Origin: an uncultured Gammaproteobacteria bacterium
GTDB taxonomy: Bacteria > Pseudomonadota > Gammaproteobacteria > Pseudomonadales > Halieaceae
Length of the DNA stretch: 64,000 nucleotides
Assembly: GCA_963792815.1 (NCBI GenBank)
Contig: CAWBXR010000011.1
Coordinates: 138,036-202,035 of the forward strand
Direction: 5' to 3'
Shown: one piece after another, positions 36,369 through 45,491 of the stretch
Position numbering within the stretch: position 1 is the first letter of the stretch
Layout of the letters: the number at the start of each line of letters is the position of its first letter
Notes under the pieces: generated by a model
What the model was told of the DNA's origin: nothing
Seen by the model: only the letters and a program-made list of their open reading frames with translations
The model's database searches: none
Program-made: the position numbers and the translations under genes

Positions 36369-37376
36369 TCACACTTGGGGGCCGCCCAGCTTGCGCCAGT
36401 CCCGGGGAGAGACGCCGTGGTGCTGGCGAAAAGCGGTGGAGAAAGTGCTCAGGTCCGAATAGCACAACATATCGGCCAGTGCGGTCAGCGACCCGCTGGA
36501 TTCGCGCAGGTAACGTTTGGCGATATCGAAGCGGACATCTTCCAGCAGGTTCTTGTAGCTGGTGTCATGGTTTTTCAGTTGCCTTTGCAGGGTGCGCTTG
36601 CCCACCGCGAGGTGATTGGCTACCCGCTCGATCGAGCAGTCGCCGGTGGTCAGTGCCTGGTTGATCAGATGCCGTACCTGGCCGCAGTAGTCGTCGGGAT
36701 AATCTCGCCGCAGGTGGCTCAGGTGTTCCTCCAGCAGCCGGTGTAGCTGGGGGTTGGCGTTGTCCAGCGGGCGATCCAGGAGATCCGCCTTGAAGATCAG
36801 TTGCGGTGCGTCGGCATTGAACACCAGCGGGCAGTTGAACATCCTGCGGTAGGGCTGCAGGTCTTCGGGAGGCGCGTGTGGCAGGTAGACCGCGTCCGGT
36901 GACCAATTGGCATGCCACAGCAGTCGCATCAGGTGAACCCCGATACCCGCGGCCAGGTCCTCCTGCTGCCGCAGCGGGGCCCTGCCGGCAAGCTTGCAGT
37001 GAAAGCGCCACTGGGCGATACCTTTTTCCACCCGCAGTTCTACCTCCGCGCCCTGGTTGTGATGGATGAAATGCACGGTCAGTGCGCGCAGCGCGCTGCG
37101 GATATCGGGCGCCTGCTGAACCACGAAACCCACCGGTCCGAGCGGATTGATGCCCTGCTGGACGGCCAGCAGCAGGCCAAAATGTGGGCAGTTTGTGGTG
37201 ATCGATGCGTCCTCCAGCAGCAGGAGAAAGCGGTAGTAGGAAAGCCAGGATTGGGGGTCGAGATCCTCTTCCCGCAGTCCCTGTCGACGGAATATGGCGT
37301 CTGCATCGCCGCCGAGACTGACAATGGTTGTGCGGATGCCTTCGAGTGAAGAGGCGCGTACCAGGTAGTTCATCAT
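36369..37376 (-). CDS. AraC-family transcriptional regulator
   Basis: Start at the MMNYLVRASSLEGI ATG pair (37376/37373). C-terminal double HTH region (IERVANHLAVGKRTLQRQL...LADMLCYSDLSTFSTAFRQHHGVSP). Confidence 0.8.
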   Translation of the reverse strand: MMNYLVRASSLEGIRTTIVSLGGDADAIFRRQGLREEDLDPQSWLSYYRFLLLLEDASITTNCPHFGLLLAVQQGINPLGPVGFVVQQAPDIRSALRALTVHFIHHNQGAEVELRVEKGIAQWRFHCKLAGRAPLRQQEDLAAGIGVHLMRLLWHANWSPDAVYLPHAPPEDLQPYRRMFNCPLVFNADAPQLIFKADLLDRPLDNANPQLHRLLEEHLSHLRRDYPDDYCGQVRHLINQALTTGDCSIERVANHLAVGKRTLQRQLKNHDTSYKNLLEDVRFDIAKRYLRESSGSLTALADMLCYSDLSTFSTAFRQHHGVSPRDWRKLGGPQV

Positions 37377-37501
37377 GCGTCGGCGCGTCAGATTATTATT
37401 ACCAGGCAATTTGTCAGAACCCTTATCGGGGTGTCAAGGGCGCCTTGCCCGCACCATGGGCGGCCTGTCACAGCGGGATTCCGGGAAAATTAGAAAGGGG
37501 C

Positions 37502-37527
37502 GGGCCAGCCGAATCGACGACTGGCCC
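37502..37527 (-). terminator. possible intrinsic terminator of the 37537..38139 gene
   Basis: Stem GGGCCAG / CTGGCCC (37502..37508 and 37521..37527) lies 10 nt past the stop, followed on the minus strand by CCCCTTTCTAATTTTCC. Confidence 0.4.
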
Positions 37528-37536
37528 AAGGGAGAG

Positions 37537-38139
37537 TTACTCGGCCGGGACCTGTTTTTCCAACATCAGGGCAAAGGCTTCGGTGTAGGTCACGATGATC
37601 GTGTCGCCCAGCGATACGCCCGCCATTTTGGCCGGGTCGACATCATCGATGATATGAAAGTCGCCATCGGAATCCTTCAGCATGACCGTCCGGGTAATGC
37701 GGTTCATGCCTTCAACGGTACAAACAGCGCGAATACTGCGCCCTACCGCGGCACCCGGCTCCATATCTGCCGTGGCAACAGCGCCCGCGTCGAGTTCAAC
37801 GATGGGCTCGGCGAGCTCGGCTTCCGTTGGGGCACGCAGTTCGCCACTGAGGGATGACACATAAGTGGCAACCACCAGGTCGCCTACCTTGAATTCATTA
37901 AAACGGGTAACGTCAGGTCCCACGGTCAGTGTGATGGAGTTACCCAGGCCACCTTCCAGGGTGACTTCCCTGGACTCTGCGTCTATATCGGTAATCACCG
38001 CGCTGATCCGCTTGGCCATGGTGCGCTCGTTTTCGCTGCGCTCGCTGACCTCAAGGTCCGCCAGGCTGAGCGCGGGGATTATGCCCAGTATTACGGTTGA
38101 GAACAGGGCCAGGGCCGATAAAATTTTATGGTTGATCAT
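37537..38139 (-). CDS. exported hypothetical protein
   Basis: 200 aa with a signal peptide (MINHKILSALALFSTVILGIIPALSLA). No family recognised. Confidence 0.55.
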   Translation of the reverse strand: MINHKILSALALFSTVILGIIPALSLADLEVSERSENERTMAKRISAVITDIDAESREVTLEGGLGNSITLTVGPDVTRFNEFKVGDLVVATYVSSLSGELRAPTEAELAEPIVELDAGAVATADMEPGAAVGRSIRAVCTVEGMNRITRTVMLKDSDGDFHIIDDVDPAKMAGVSLGDTIIVTYTEAFALMLEKQVPAE

Positions 38140-38270
38140 GTTGTAATGCTCCTTGGTTGGTGGGTAGTTGCGCCGCTCATTCTAGTTGAGGAACGCACAG
38201 CAGGCCAACCCCGCCATTTCGCCCGGGCACGCCGCGCTTGCATGCAGCCCGCCGGTTGACTAGTTTGTAG

Positions 38271-39731
38271 GTGCTGGAACCTCAACTTTCACCCCGACAT
38301 GGCGCCATAACTTCAATGAAGCAAGAGCCACTTTGCACGCGCAATGACCACCCGGAGTTGGCCGCTTTTACCCGCATTGTCGGCTCGGGCAGGTATTTCA
38401 ACCGCTTGTCAGAGGATATCCTGGAAAATATCCTCAGGCAGGGATATCTGCTGACGGTAGAGAAAGACCAGTACCTGATTCACGAAGGCGATGAGTCGCC
38501 ACCTGAGATGTTTATGCTGGTGGAGGGTTCGCTGGCCATTGTGGCCAACGGTAAATTTATTCTGCGCCTCGATTCCCCTGGGGATGTCGTGGGGGAAATG
38601 GCGGTCATCCAGAGTGCGCCGAGATCCGCCGATGTTATAACTGAATCCGTTTGTCGCCTTATTGGATTCCCCGCAGAACTGTTCAGAATCGACCGGCACT
38701 CCCCCCAGGCATCGGTCCTGTATGTACTGTTTTCCCACATGATGGCGGCCAAGCTGCGCATCACAACTGCGCAATCGCTGATTCGCAAAAACCAGCGTGT
38801 CACTGCACACGGCGATATCAAAATCGGTATCATCAATGCTGGCGCGACCGACAGTTCCATTATCCGCGAGGCGATACGCCAGAGCTGGCCCGAGACCAGC
38901 GTAACGGAATTCAGCGGGCCGCTGGAGTTTCTCGGCTACCCGGGAGTGCATCGCTTCGACCTGATCATCGCCGACATGGATTACTACGAAGATTTCAAGC
39001 GGGACTGGAACCCGATTTCCACCCTTGTCAAAACCATGCGTTTGAGGGGGGCCAGCGTCATTACCCTGGGCATATCCTGCAACGACCCTGCCAACCGCGA
39101 GTTCCTGGTTGGCAATGGCGCCGACGAGGTATTGGCAAAACCCTGCACGGCCTTTGACCTGGCTCACACCATTGCCAGGGTCCGGGTGTGGTACTACAAG
39201 GACCTCGAGCTGGACAAGGCGGAGAATGCGGCCGAAACCGACCGGCTCACGGGGCTGGCGAACCGGCGCCGCCTGGACCAGTTCCTGGATGCGTTGATCA
39301 CTGTTTACCCCGATAACATGCAGCCCTTTTCCCTGGTGATGGCGGATGTGGACAACTTCAAGCACTACAATGACACCCAGGGCCACCAGATGGGTGATGT
39401 GGTGCTGGAGGGAATCGCCTCCCTGCTGGCCAAGAATGTGCGGCGGGGAGACCTGGCGGCCCGGTTTGGCGGCGAGGAATTTGTCATCGTGTTGCCGAAC
39501 TGCGAGAAGCGTCGCGCGGTTGAGCTGGCCGAGGACCTGAGGAAGTCCGTGGAGTCGGCGGTTTTCCCGCACCAGGACCTGCAACCTACCGGCAACATCA
39601 CGATATCGATGGGCGTGGCCACGTTTCCCGATGATGCGGTAGACCTGCCGTCCCTGCTGAAGCGGGCGGACGATTGTTTGTACGAGGGTAAAGCGGCGGG
39701 TAAGAACGTGGTGATTGCAGCGGGCGGCTAA
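38271..39731 (+). CDS. cyclic-nucleotide-binding / receiver-like / GGDEF diguanylate cyclase
   Basis: GTG start from the ORF track (alternative ATG at 38316). cNMP-binding beta-barrel (YLIHEGDESPPEMFMLVEGSLAIV...GDVVGEMAV...RSADV). A REC-like middle segment. RLTGLANRRRL ... GGEEF GGDEF domain. Confidence 0.8.
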   Translation: MLEPQLSPRHGAITSMKQEPLCTRNDHPELAAFTRIVGSGRYFNRLSEDILENILRQGYLLTVEKDQYLIHEGDESPPEMFMLVEGSLAIVANGKFILRLDSPGDVVGEMAVIQSAPRSADVITESVCRLIGFPAELFRIDRHSPQASVLYVLFSHMMAAKLRITTAQSLIRKNQRVTAHGDIKIGIINAGATDSSIIREAIRQSWPETSVTEFSGPLEFLGYPGVHRFDLIIADMDYYEDFKRDWNPISTLVKTMRLRGASVITLGISCNDPANREFLVGNGADEVLAKPCTAFDLAHTIARVRVWYYKDLELDKAENAAETDRLTGLANRRRLDQFLDALITVYPDNMQPFSLVMADVDNFKHYNDTQGHQMGDVVLEGIASLLAKNVRRGDLAARFGGEEFVIVLPNCEKRRAVELAEDLRKSVESAVFPHQDLQPTGNITISMGVATFPDDAVDLPSLLKRADDCLYEGKAAGKNVVIAAGG

Positions 39732-39768
39732 CAGGGCTTTGGCTTGCCCTATCGGGCACACCGTCACT

Positions 39769-42700
39769 TTATTTTTCGCTCGCGGCCAGGCGGCTCTCTA
39801 CGTTGGACAGAAACAGGGCCGACTGGCGCTCTTCCTGCTGCTCCATCAGTTCCAGCGCGGTCGCCAGTTCCTCCCGCGCTCGCTGGTGTTGGCCGTCTAA
39901 CAGGCAGCCTTCAGCCAGCATGCCCCGAAGCAGTGGTCGCGCCGCGCCATAGCCGGTTTCTTCCCATTCTTCGACACCCTCCCGGATCATCTGCACGCTG
40001 CCTTCGTGCTGTCCTCTTTTGAGGCGTGCATAGCCCTTGCACGCTTTGGCCATGGCCGCGAACTCGGGGAAGCCGTGGCTGGTGGCGAAGCTGACACATT
40101 CGTCGGCGGAACGGATACACCTGTCAAACTCGCGGGAAAAAAGCGCGACCATGAAGTTGGCCATAAAACCGAAGCCGATCGAGTAGGGGTTATCCAGTTC
40201 CCTGGCGAGCTCCATGGCGGCTTTCGCCGTGGTCTTGGCTTCCTCACCGCGTCCTGTGGACACCAGGGCAAGCGCCTCATAAAATCGACCGACCACGCCA
40301 AAGTCCATCATATAGGTGAAAAACAGCTGGGAGTCCCGATCTGAGCGGTAGCAGGAGGCGACCTTCTGCAAACACTGCAGGGCACGGTGACTCTCGCCGC
40401 AGTGCCAAAGGCTGAGGCCCAGCAGTACGTGTACCGCCATGTACTGGCCCGGATCACGCTCCATATCAACCAGGGGGAGCAGCGACTCCGCCTCTATTAC
40501 CGCTTCGCGAATTCGCCCGGTTGCCCAGTTGTAGCGACACAGGCCGAACTTTACTGGAAAGCTGTCGTGCAGGCTTCCCCGCTCGCGGCAGAAATCGTAG
40601 GCCTGCTGGAAGGCCGCGCCCACGTCCTGGTGTCCAGGCCCGCTCAGGACCGTGAGGCTGGCACCCAGCATGGTGCGCATTTCGAACTCCATGGCAATGA
40701 GCTCGACGTCCTCCGGCAGTTTGCCGGTAAGCGCGAGACCGCGGTTCAAATGCAACACCGCCTCCCTGGGCGCGAACTGTGAAAGGGCCTTCTGGCTCGC
40801 GATATACCAGTAGCGAAAGGCCGGTTCGTGTAACCGGGCCTCCGTGTAGTGGTGCGCCAGCAGATCCGGTCTGCCCTGGACCTGGGCGCGAAAGCGCTGT
40901 GCCAGTGTCCTGGCGATGTGCGCGTGCAGGCGACGCCGGGTGCTGTGCAGCAGGGATCCGTAGGCGGTTTCCTGTATCAGGGCATGCTTGAAAACATACA
41001 GCTTGTGCGGCGAGACACCTCGGCTGCTCACAACCTGGGCTAACACCAGCTTTTGCAATGCCGCTTCGACAAGCTCCGGCGGCTTGTCCAGCACAGCCAG
41101 TAAGAGGTCCAGGCGAAACTCGCGGCCTATGGCCGCCCCCACCTGGGCGACCTCCTTGGCGGCGCCCAGATGATCGAGCCGGGCATTCAGAGAATCCTGC
41201 AAAGTGCCGGGAATGGGGGGGAGTGCATCGCCATCGCCCAGGTTCTCCCAGTCCTGAAACGCCGGATTTTCCAGCATCGCCCTGGTTAGCTCCTCGACAA
41301 ACAGCGGGATCCCGTCGGTTTTCTCGATAATATCCGCGACAACTTTTTCCGGCAGGCCCTTGCTTCCGGATACCTGGGTGATCAGGTCGCGGGTGGCCTG
41401 CGGGTTGAGATAACCCAGTTCGATGACTGTGCTTGTGGCTTCGCCCGGCCAGCCGGGGCTGAACCGGGGCCGGTACGTGCCAATAATCAGCATGGGTAGT
41501 TGCGGCGTCTCCTCGATCAGCAGGTGCAGGAATTCCAGTGAACTGGCATCCAGCCAGTGCAGATCTTCTATCACCAGCACAACCGGCAGGTCGCGACAGC
41601 GCCGGGTAAAGTGGGAGACAAGTAAATTCAGGGTCCGGGCCTTCTGGGCGGCGGGGCTCAGGTTCACCCCCGCGAAATGCTCGCCCGCGGGAATTGAAAG
41701 CAGGGCCGCGATGAGTGCAAGCTCATCCGGATCGGATGGCCCCAGCTGTGCCAGGCGTTTCTGCACTTTGTTGATTTTAACACCGGTCGAGTCGGAGGTT
41801 TCGATGCCGGACTGGCGTTGCCAGTGTGAAATGATCGGGTGCAGTACGTTGCCTCTGGCGTGTGGAGCGCCGTACAGGCGCATGACTTCTACCTGTTCGG
41901 GCGCCAGGGAGTCCAGGAAGTTCTCCAGCAGGTGGGACTTGCCAATACCTTCCTCGCCGCAAATCATCACCACCTGGCGCTCGCCGGAGCGGGCTTGCAG
42001 CCAACTCTCCTGCAGCGCCTGCCGCTCCTGCTCGCGCCCCAGTAGCGGCCCCGGCATGCGGATGCGGGCGGCCTCGAAGCGGCTCTCTACGTTCGACTGG
42101 CCGATCACCGCATAGGCATGGACCGGCTCGTCAAAGCCCTTCAGGCGGCTATAGCCCAGATCCGAGTAATCGAAGATACCGCGGACAAGATCGTGGGTAT
42201 GGCCTGAAATAACCACCGTATCGGGGGAGCAGATTTCCTGCAGGCGGGCGGCCAGGTTCGGCGTCGCGCCCACCACAGTTGTTTCCCGTGAGGGGCCGTC
42301 CCCCACCACATCGCCGACCACCACCTCGCCGCTGGCGATACCGATCCGGGTATGCAGGGCGTACTGGGGACCGAGGCGGAGCCTGCGCACAGTGTCGACG
42401 ATCTCCAGGCCGGCGCGGATGGCTGACTCGGCGCCATGCTCGGTTGCCTTCGGGTAGCCAAAATAGACCAACAGGCCGTCGCCGGAGTAGCGGGCGACAT
42501 AGCCGTTATACCTGCCAACCACCTGTTCGCAGGCCAGTTGATACTGCTGGAATATACCACTCAGGTCTTCCGGGTCGATCCGGACCGACATATCGGTTGA
42601 GCCAACCAGGTCGCAGAACATGACGGTGAGGTGGCGGCGCTCCGCGGCGCCGGCGAGTTGGGCAATGGTGGGCTGGACAGGGGTTTGATGCTTAGTCGCG

Positions 42701-42858
42701 GTAGCGGGCTTCAGGCGGGCGCCGCAGCCGCCGCAAAAACGGGCACCAGGGTCGCAGATGAACGCGCAAAGGGCGCATTCCTGCGGTAGCGGCGATGCAC
42801 ACTGCTGGCACACGCTTCGCCCCTGCAGGTTTGCCGCGCTGCAGCTTGGACACTTCAT
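39769..42858 (-). CDS. double zinc-ribbon / class III adenylate-guanylate cyclase / AAA(STAND) ATPase / TPR protein
   Basis: 1029 aa. N-terminal CPSC...CQQC...CALC...CGGCG, then a cyclase domain (RRHLTVMFCDLVGSTDMS). Walker A GEEGIGKSHLL. Long helical-repeat C-terminus. Confidence 0.8.
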   Translation of the reverse strand: MKCPSCSAANLQGRSVCQQCASPLPQECALCAFICDPGARFCGGCGARLKPATATKHQTPVQPTIAQLAGAAERRHLTVMFCDLVGSTDMSVRIDPEDLSGIFQQYQLACEQVVGRYNGYVARYSGDGLLVYFGYPKATEHGAESAIRAGLEIVDTVRRLRLGPQYALHTRIGIASGEVVVGDVVGDGPSRETTVVGATPNLAARLQEICSPDTVVISGHTHDLVRGIFDYSDLGYSRLKGFDEPVHAYAVIGQSNVESRFEAARIRMPGPLLGREQERQALQESWLQARSGERQVVMICGEEGIGKSHLLENFLDSLAPEQVEVMRLYGAPHARGNVLHPIISHWQRQSGIETSDSTGVKINKVQKRLAQLGPSDPDELALIAALLSIPAGEHFAGVNLSPAAQKARTLNLLVSHFTRRCRDLPVVLVIEDLHWLDASSLEFLHLLIEETPQLPMLIIGTYRPRFSPGWPGEATSTVIELGYLNPQATRDLITQVSGSKGLPEKVVADIIEKTDGIPLFVEELTRAMLENPAFQDWENLGDGDALPPIPGTLQDSLNARLDHLGAAKEVAQVGAAIGREFRLDLLLAVLDKPPELVEAALQKLVLAQVVSSRGVSPHKLYVFKHALIQETAYGSLLHSTRRRLHAHIARTLAQRFRAQVQGRPDLLAHHYTEARLHEPAFRYWYIASQKALSQFAPREAVLHLNRGLALTGKLPEDVELIAMEFEMRTMLGASLTVLSGPGHQDVGAAFQQAYDFCRERGSLHDSFPVKFGLCRYNWATGRIREAVIEAESLLPLVDMERDPGQYMAVHVLLGLSLWHCGESHRALQCLQKVASCYRSDRDSQLFFTYMMDFGVVGRFYEALALVSTGRGEEAKTTAKAAMELARELDNPYSIGFGFMANFMVALFSREFDRCIRSADECVSFATSHGFPEFAAMAKACKGYARLKRGQHEGSVQMIREGVEEWEETGYGAARPLLRGMLAEGCLLDGQHQRAREELATALELMEQQEERQSALFLSNVESRLAASEK

Positions 42859-42998
42859 TCGTACCTAATATCGTGCCGGCCTGGCGGGAAATACTTCCAT
42901 GTCTGCTTCACATCCCTGTCTGGTCTTTCCTGACAAGGATAGCCCGGTTTCCGGTGAATGCCAGCGTTTTGCCCGCCCGATTGGCCGGGTTTGGGACC

Positions 42999-44018
42999 CT
43001 ACAGCACGATACCCGAGAGAATGTCGCAGACCTGTTCGATTTCCCGCGCGTTGACGTCGAGGTGGGTCACCATGCGCAACTTACCCTGACCCAACCTGAT
43101 GGCGAGGACACCCCGGTCCTGCAGCGTATTGATTAGTGCGATCTCGAGGTTCGGGTCCGCCAGGGTGAACACCACGATATTGGTCTGCACCGGCAACACG
43201 CCCGCCACCCAGGCCTGGCCGGCCAGACAGTCGCCCAGGCGTCTCGCCTTGGCGTGATCCTCGGTCAGGCGCTCCACGTGGTGGTCCAGGGCGTAGCTGC
43301 CGGCAGCCGCCAGAAAGCCGGCCTGGCGCCAGCCGCCGCCGAAGCGCTTGCGCACCCGCCTGGCCTCGCCAATGAAATCCCGGCTGCCCAGCAGCAGGGA
43401 CCCCACCGGGCAGCCCAGGCCCTTGCTCAGGCAGATCGAGATGGAGTCGAAGGCGGCGCCGTAATCGCGGGTGGTCTGGCCGGTTTCGACCAGCGCATTG
43501 AACAGGCGCGCACCATCGAGGTGAAAACCCAGCCCGCGCCGCCTGGCGACCTCGCCAATCGCCTCGATCGAGGCGAATTCCAGGCAGGTTCCGCCGCAGC
43601 GGTTACTCGTGTTTTCCAGCGCCACCAGGCGGGTTCGGGCCGCGTGTATATCGTCGGGGCCGATCGCCGCCTCAACCTCGCGGGCATCCATCAGCCCGTC
43701 CGGGGTCCCCAGCAGGCGCACTGACGCCCCGGAGTTGGCCATGATGCCGCCCCCTTCGTAGACATAGATATGTGCCTGGGAATGGCAGATCACCTCGTCA
43801 CCGGGCCTGGTATGGACATTGATGGCGATCTGGTTGGTCATGGTCCCGCTGGGGCAGAACAGGGCCGCTTCCACACCGAACAGATCGGCCGCCTTTTCCT
43901 GCAGGTGGTTCACGGTGGGGTCGTCGCCCAGGACATCGTCCCCGACAGCCGCAGCCGCCATGGCCTCCAGCATGCGGGGCGTCGGGCGGGTTACCGTATC
44001 GCTTCTAAGGTCGATCAT
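42999..44018 (-). CDS. ltaE: low-specificity L-threonine aldolase
   Basis: [20 protein letters not shown]... and the length (339 aa) are typical of LtaE/beta-eliminating-lyase family aldolases. Confidence 0.8.
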   Translation of the reverse strand: MIDLRSDTVTRPTPRMLEAMAAAAVGDDVLGDDPTVNHLQEKAADLFGVEAALFCPSGTMTNQIAINVHTRPGDEVICHSQAHIYVYEGGGIMANSGASVRLLGTPDGLMDAREVEAAIGPDDIHAARTRLVALENTSNRCGGTCLEFASIEAIGEVARRRGLGFHLDGARLFNALVETGQTTRDYGAAFDSISICLSKGLGCPVGSLLLGSRDFIGEARRVRKRFGGGWRQAGFLAAAGSYALDHHVERLTEDHAKARRLGDCLAGQAWVAGVLPVQTNIVVFTLADPNLEIALINTLQDRGVLAIRLGQGKLRMVTHLDVNAREIEQVCDILSGIVL

Positions 44019-44188
44019 GGCGGTTTATTGCTCCAGGGTAATTCAGTGGCTGCATGGATGGCGGGCACGGCGACGCTCGCTTTTATGGCGCTTTCTATTA
44101 CTATCCGTACGGGATTGTAAACTTGATGACAGTTGCATTGCATGCGGGCTGCGAGAATTACCCAGCACTCGCCAACAGGAGATTACCA

Positions 44189-44345
44189 ATGAACGGAGCA
44201 CAATCACTATTCAAAGCCCTGACCGATGCCGACTCCCGGGGTGGCCCTGGAGACGGTCGCGGAGACAGCACAACTGCTGGGCAACGGTAAGAAGACTGCG
44301 ATATTGCTCGGCGCCCGGGCCCTTCACGGAGAAATTGAACAGTGA
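44189..44345 (+). pseudogene. possible relic of a thiamine-diphosphate (acetolactate-synthase-like) enzyme gene
   Basis: An intact SD (AGGAG) and ATG 44189 are followed by MNGAQSLFKALTDA, a typical TPP-enzyme N-terminus. After about 14 codons the matching sequence continues in another frame as PTPGVALETVAETAQLLGNGKKTAILLGARALHGE (linker / central-domain-like), and a stop falls at 44343..44345. Most of a ~550-aa gene is missing. Confidence 0.35.
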
Positions 44346-44354
44346 CAGGATTGA

Positions 44355-44882
44355 GTGAGGAGCTATTGCGCCGAGACAGCCGAACGGCTGATCGCAGCCC
44401 ACCGGGAGGCGTCGCGCAGCAACGACTGGTTGTTTTTTGTCGATGAACTGTACGCACGGGACTGTATCTACACTTGCGAATACGCGGGCGTGATCAACGT
44501 GACGGCCAATGGCATCGACGAGATAAAGGCCACCCATTACGGCCGCGATATGCGAGTCGGTTGGGAGGGTTGGACCTTTCCCTACGAGGGTGTCTATGTC
44601 GGCAGTGATAACAGGCTGGTAACACACTGGCTCAACCGGGGCCCCGGGCGCAGGGCCGATGGCAGTCATTACCAGACGCCGGGCGTATCCTTCATTACCC
44701 TGGATGGCGAGGCGAGAATCTGTCGCCAGTTCGACATGTTCGATCTGGCGCACCAGATGAAACTCTGTGACGAGCTGGAAGACGCGGGGTTGCTCTCGCC
44801 ACGCCTCAAGGAGTTGTGGGTTATACCCATGAAGGAAAAGCTGGAGCGCCAGCTGAGGCCCGAGCGCTATTTCCACACCTGA
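44355..44882 (+). CDS. NTF2/SnoaL-like fold hypothetical protein
   Basis: 175-aa ORF with a GTG start. Size and hydrophobic-pocket pattern suggest an NTF2-like fold. The assignment is weak. Confidence 0.45.
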   Translation: MRSYCAETAERLIAAHREASRSNDWLFFVDELYARDCIYTCEYAGVINVTANGIDEIKATHYGRDMRVGWEGWTFPYEGVYVGSDNRLVTHWLNRGPGRRADGSHYQTPGVSFITLDGEARICRQFDMFDLAHQMKLCDELEDAGLLSPRLKELWVIPMKEKLERQLRPERYFHT

Positions 44883-45373
44883 TTGGGTGAACCGCTGCAA
44901 TTGGCGGTTACCACATTGCCGCTGGGTGCGTCGGCTTTGCCCGCTGCCTGCAGGCAGCTGCCGAGCCCGTTGACCAGGCGCTGTTTGCCATCGTGCTTCC
45001 AGTTCTGGAACTTATCCCCGCCGCAGGCCTGCATGACCGCGTTAGCGCCGGGCTTGCTGGCGTCCCCCGCCACGCCTACGCAGGTGCCGCCGAAACTGGC
45101 CAGGCGGCCCTTGCCATCAAATTGCCACTTCTGGCTGTTCGCCTTGGCATTGCAGTCGCGGATGACCAGGTTGGCTCCCACCTTGTCCGGGGGGCCGCCC
45201 ACCTGGAGGCACTGGCCATTGGCCAGGGAGAACGAGCGCCAGCCTTCCGACTCCTCTACGATCTTGTGGCCCTGCTGCTGCATCGTCTTCAGGGCATCCG
45301 TATTCAGGTCCACGGCGCTGGCGTTCGGCAGGTAGGCGGCCAGCAGGCCGGCGCAAATATAGGCATATTTCAT
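44867..45373 (-). CDS. secreted ricin-type beta-trefoil lectin-domain protein
   Basis: Only the last 168 codons of ORF 44867..46285 are used (ATG 45373; signal peptide MKYAYICAGLLAAYLPNASA). Three QxW-type repeats are present: SQKWQF, FQNWKH and NQVWK. Confidence 0.75.
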   Translation of the reverse strand: MKYAYICAGLLAAYLPNASAVDLNTDALKTMQQQGHKIVEESEGWRSFSLANGQCLQVGGPPDKVGANLVIRDCNAKANSQKWQFDGKGRLASFGGTCVGVAGDASKPGANAVMQACGGDKFQNWKHDGKQRLVNGLGSCLQAAGKADAPSGNVVTANCSGSPNQVWK

Positions 45374-45491
45374 TGTGTTTGGCCTTTCTCTAGTATGATC
45401 GGGGCAGGACGCAATCGGAGTTCCGCCCGACCGCCTGTTAACTCTCGGTCGGACCCTGCCAGTTGTCAATAGACCATGGATTCCTGAATAA

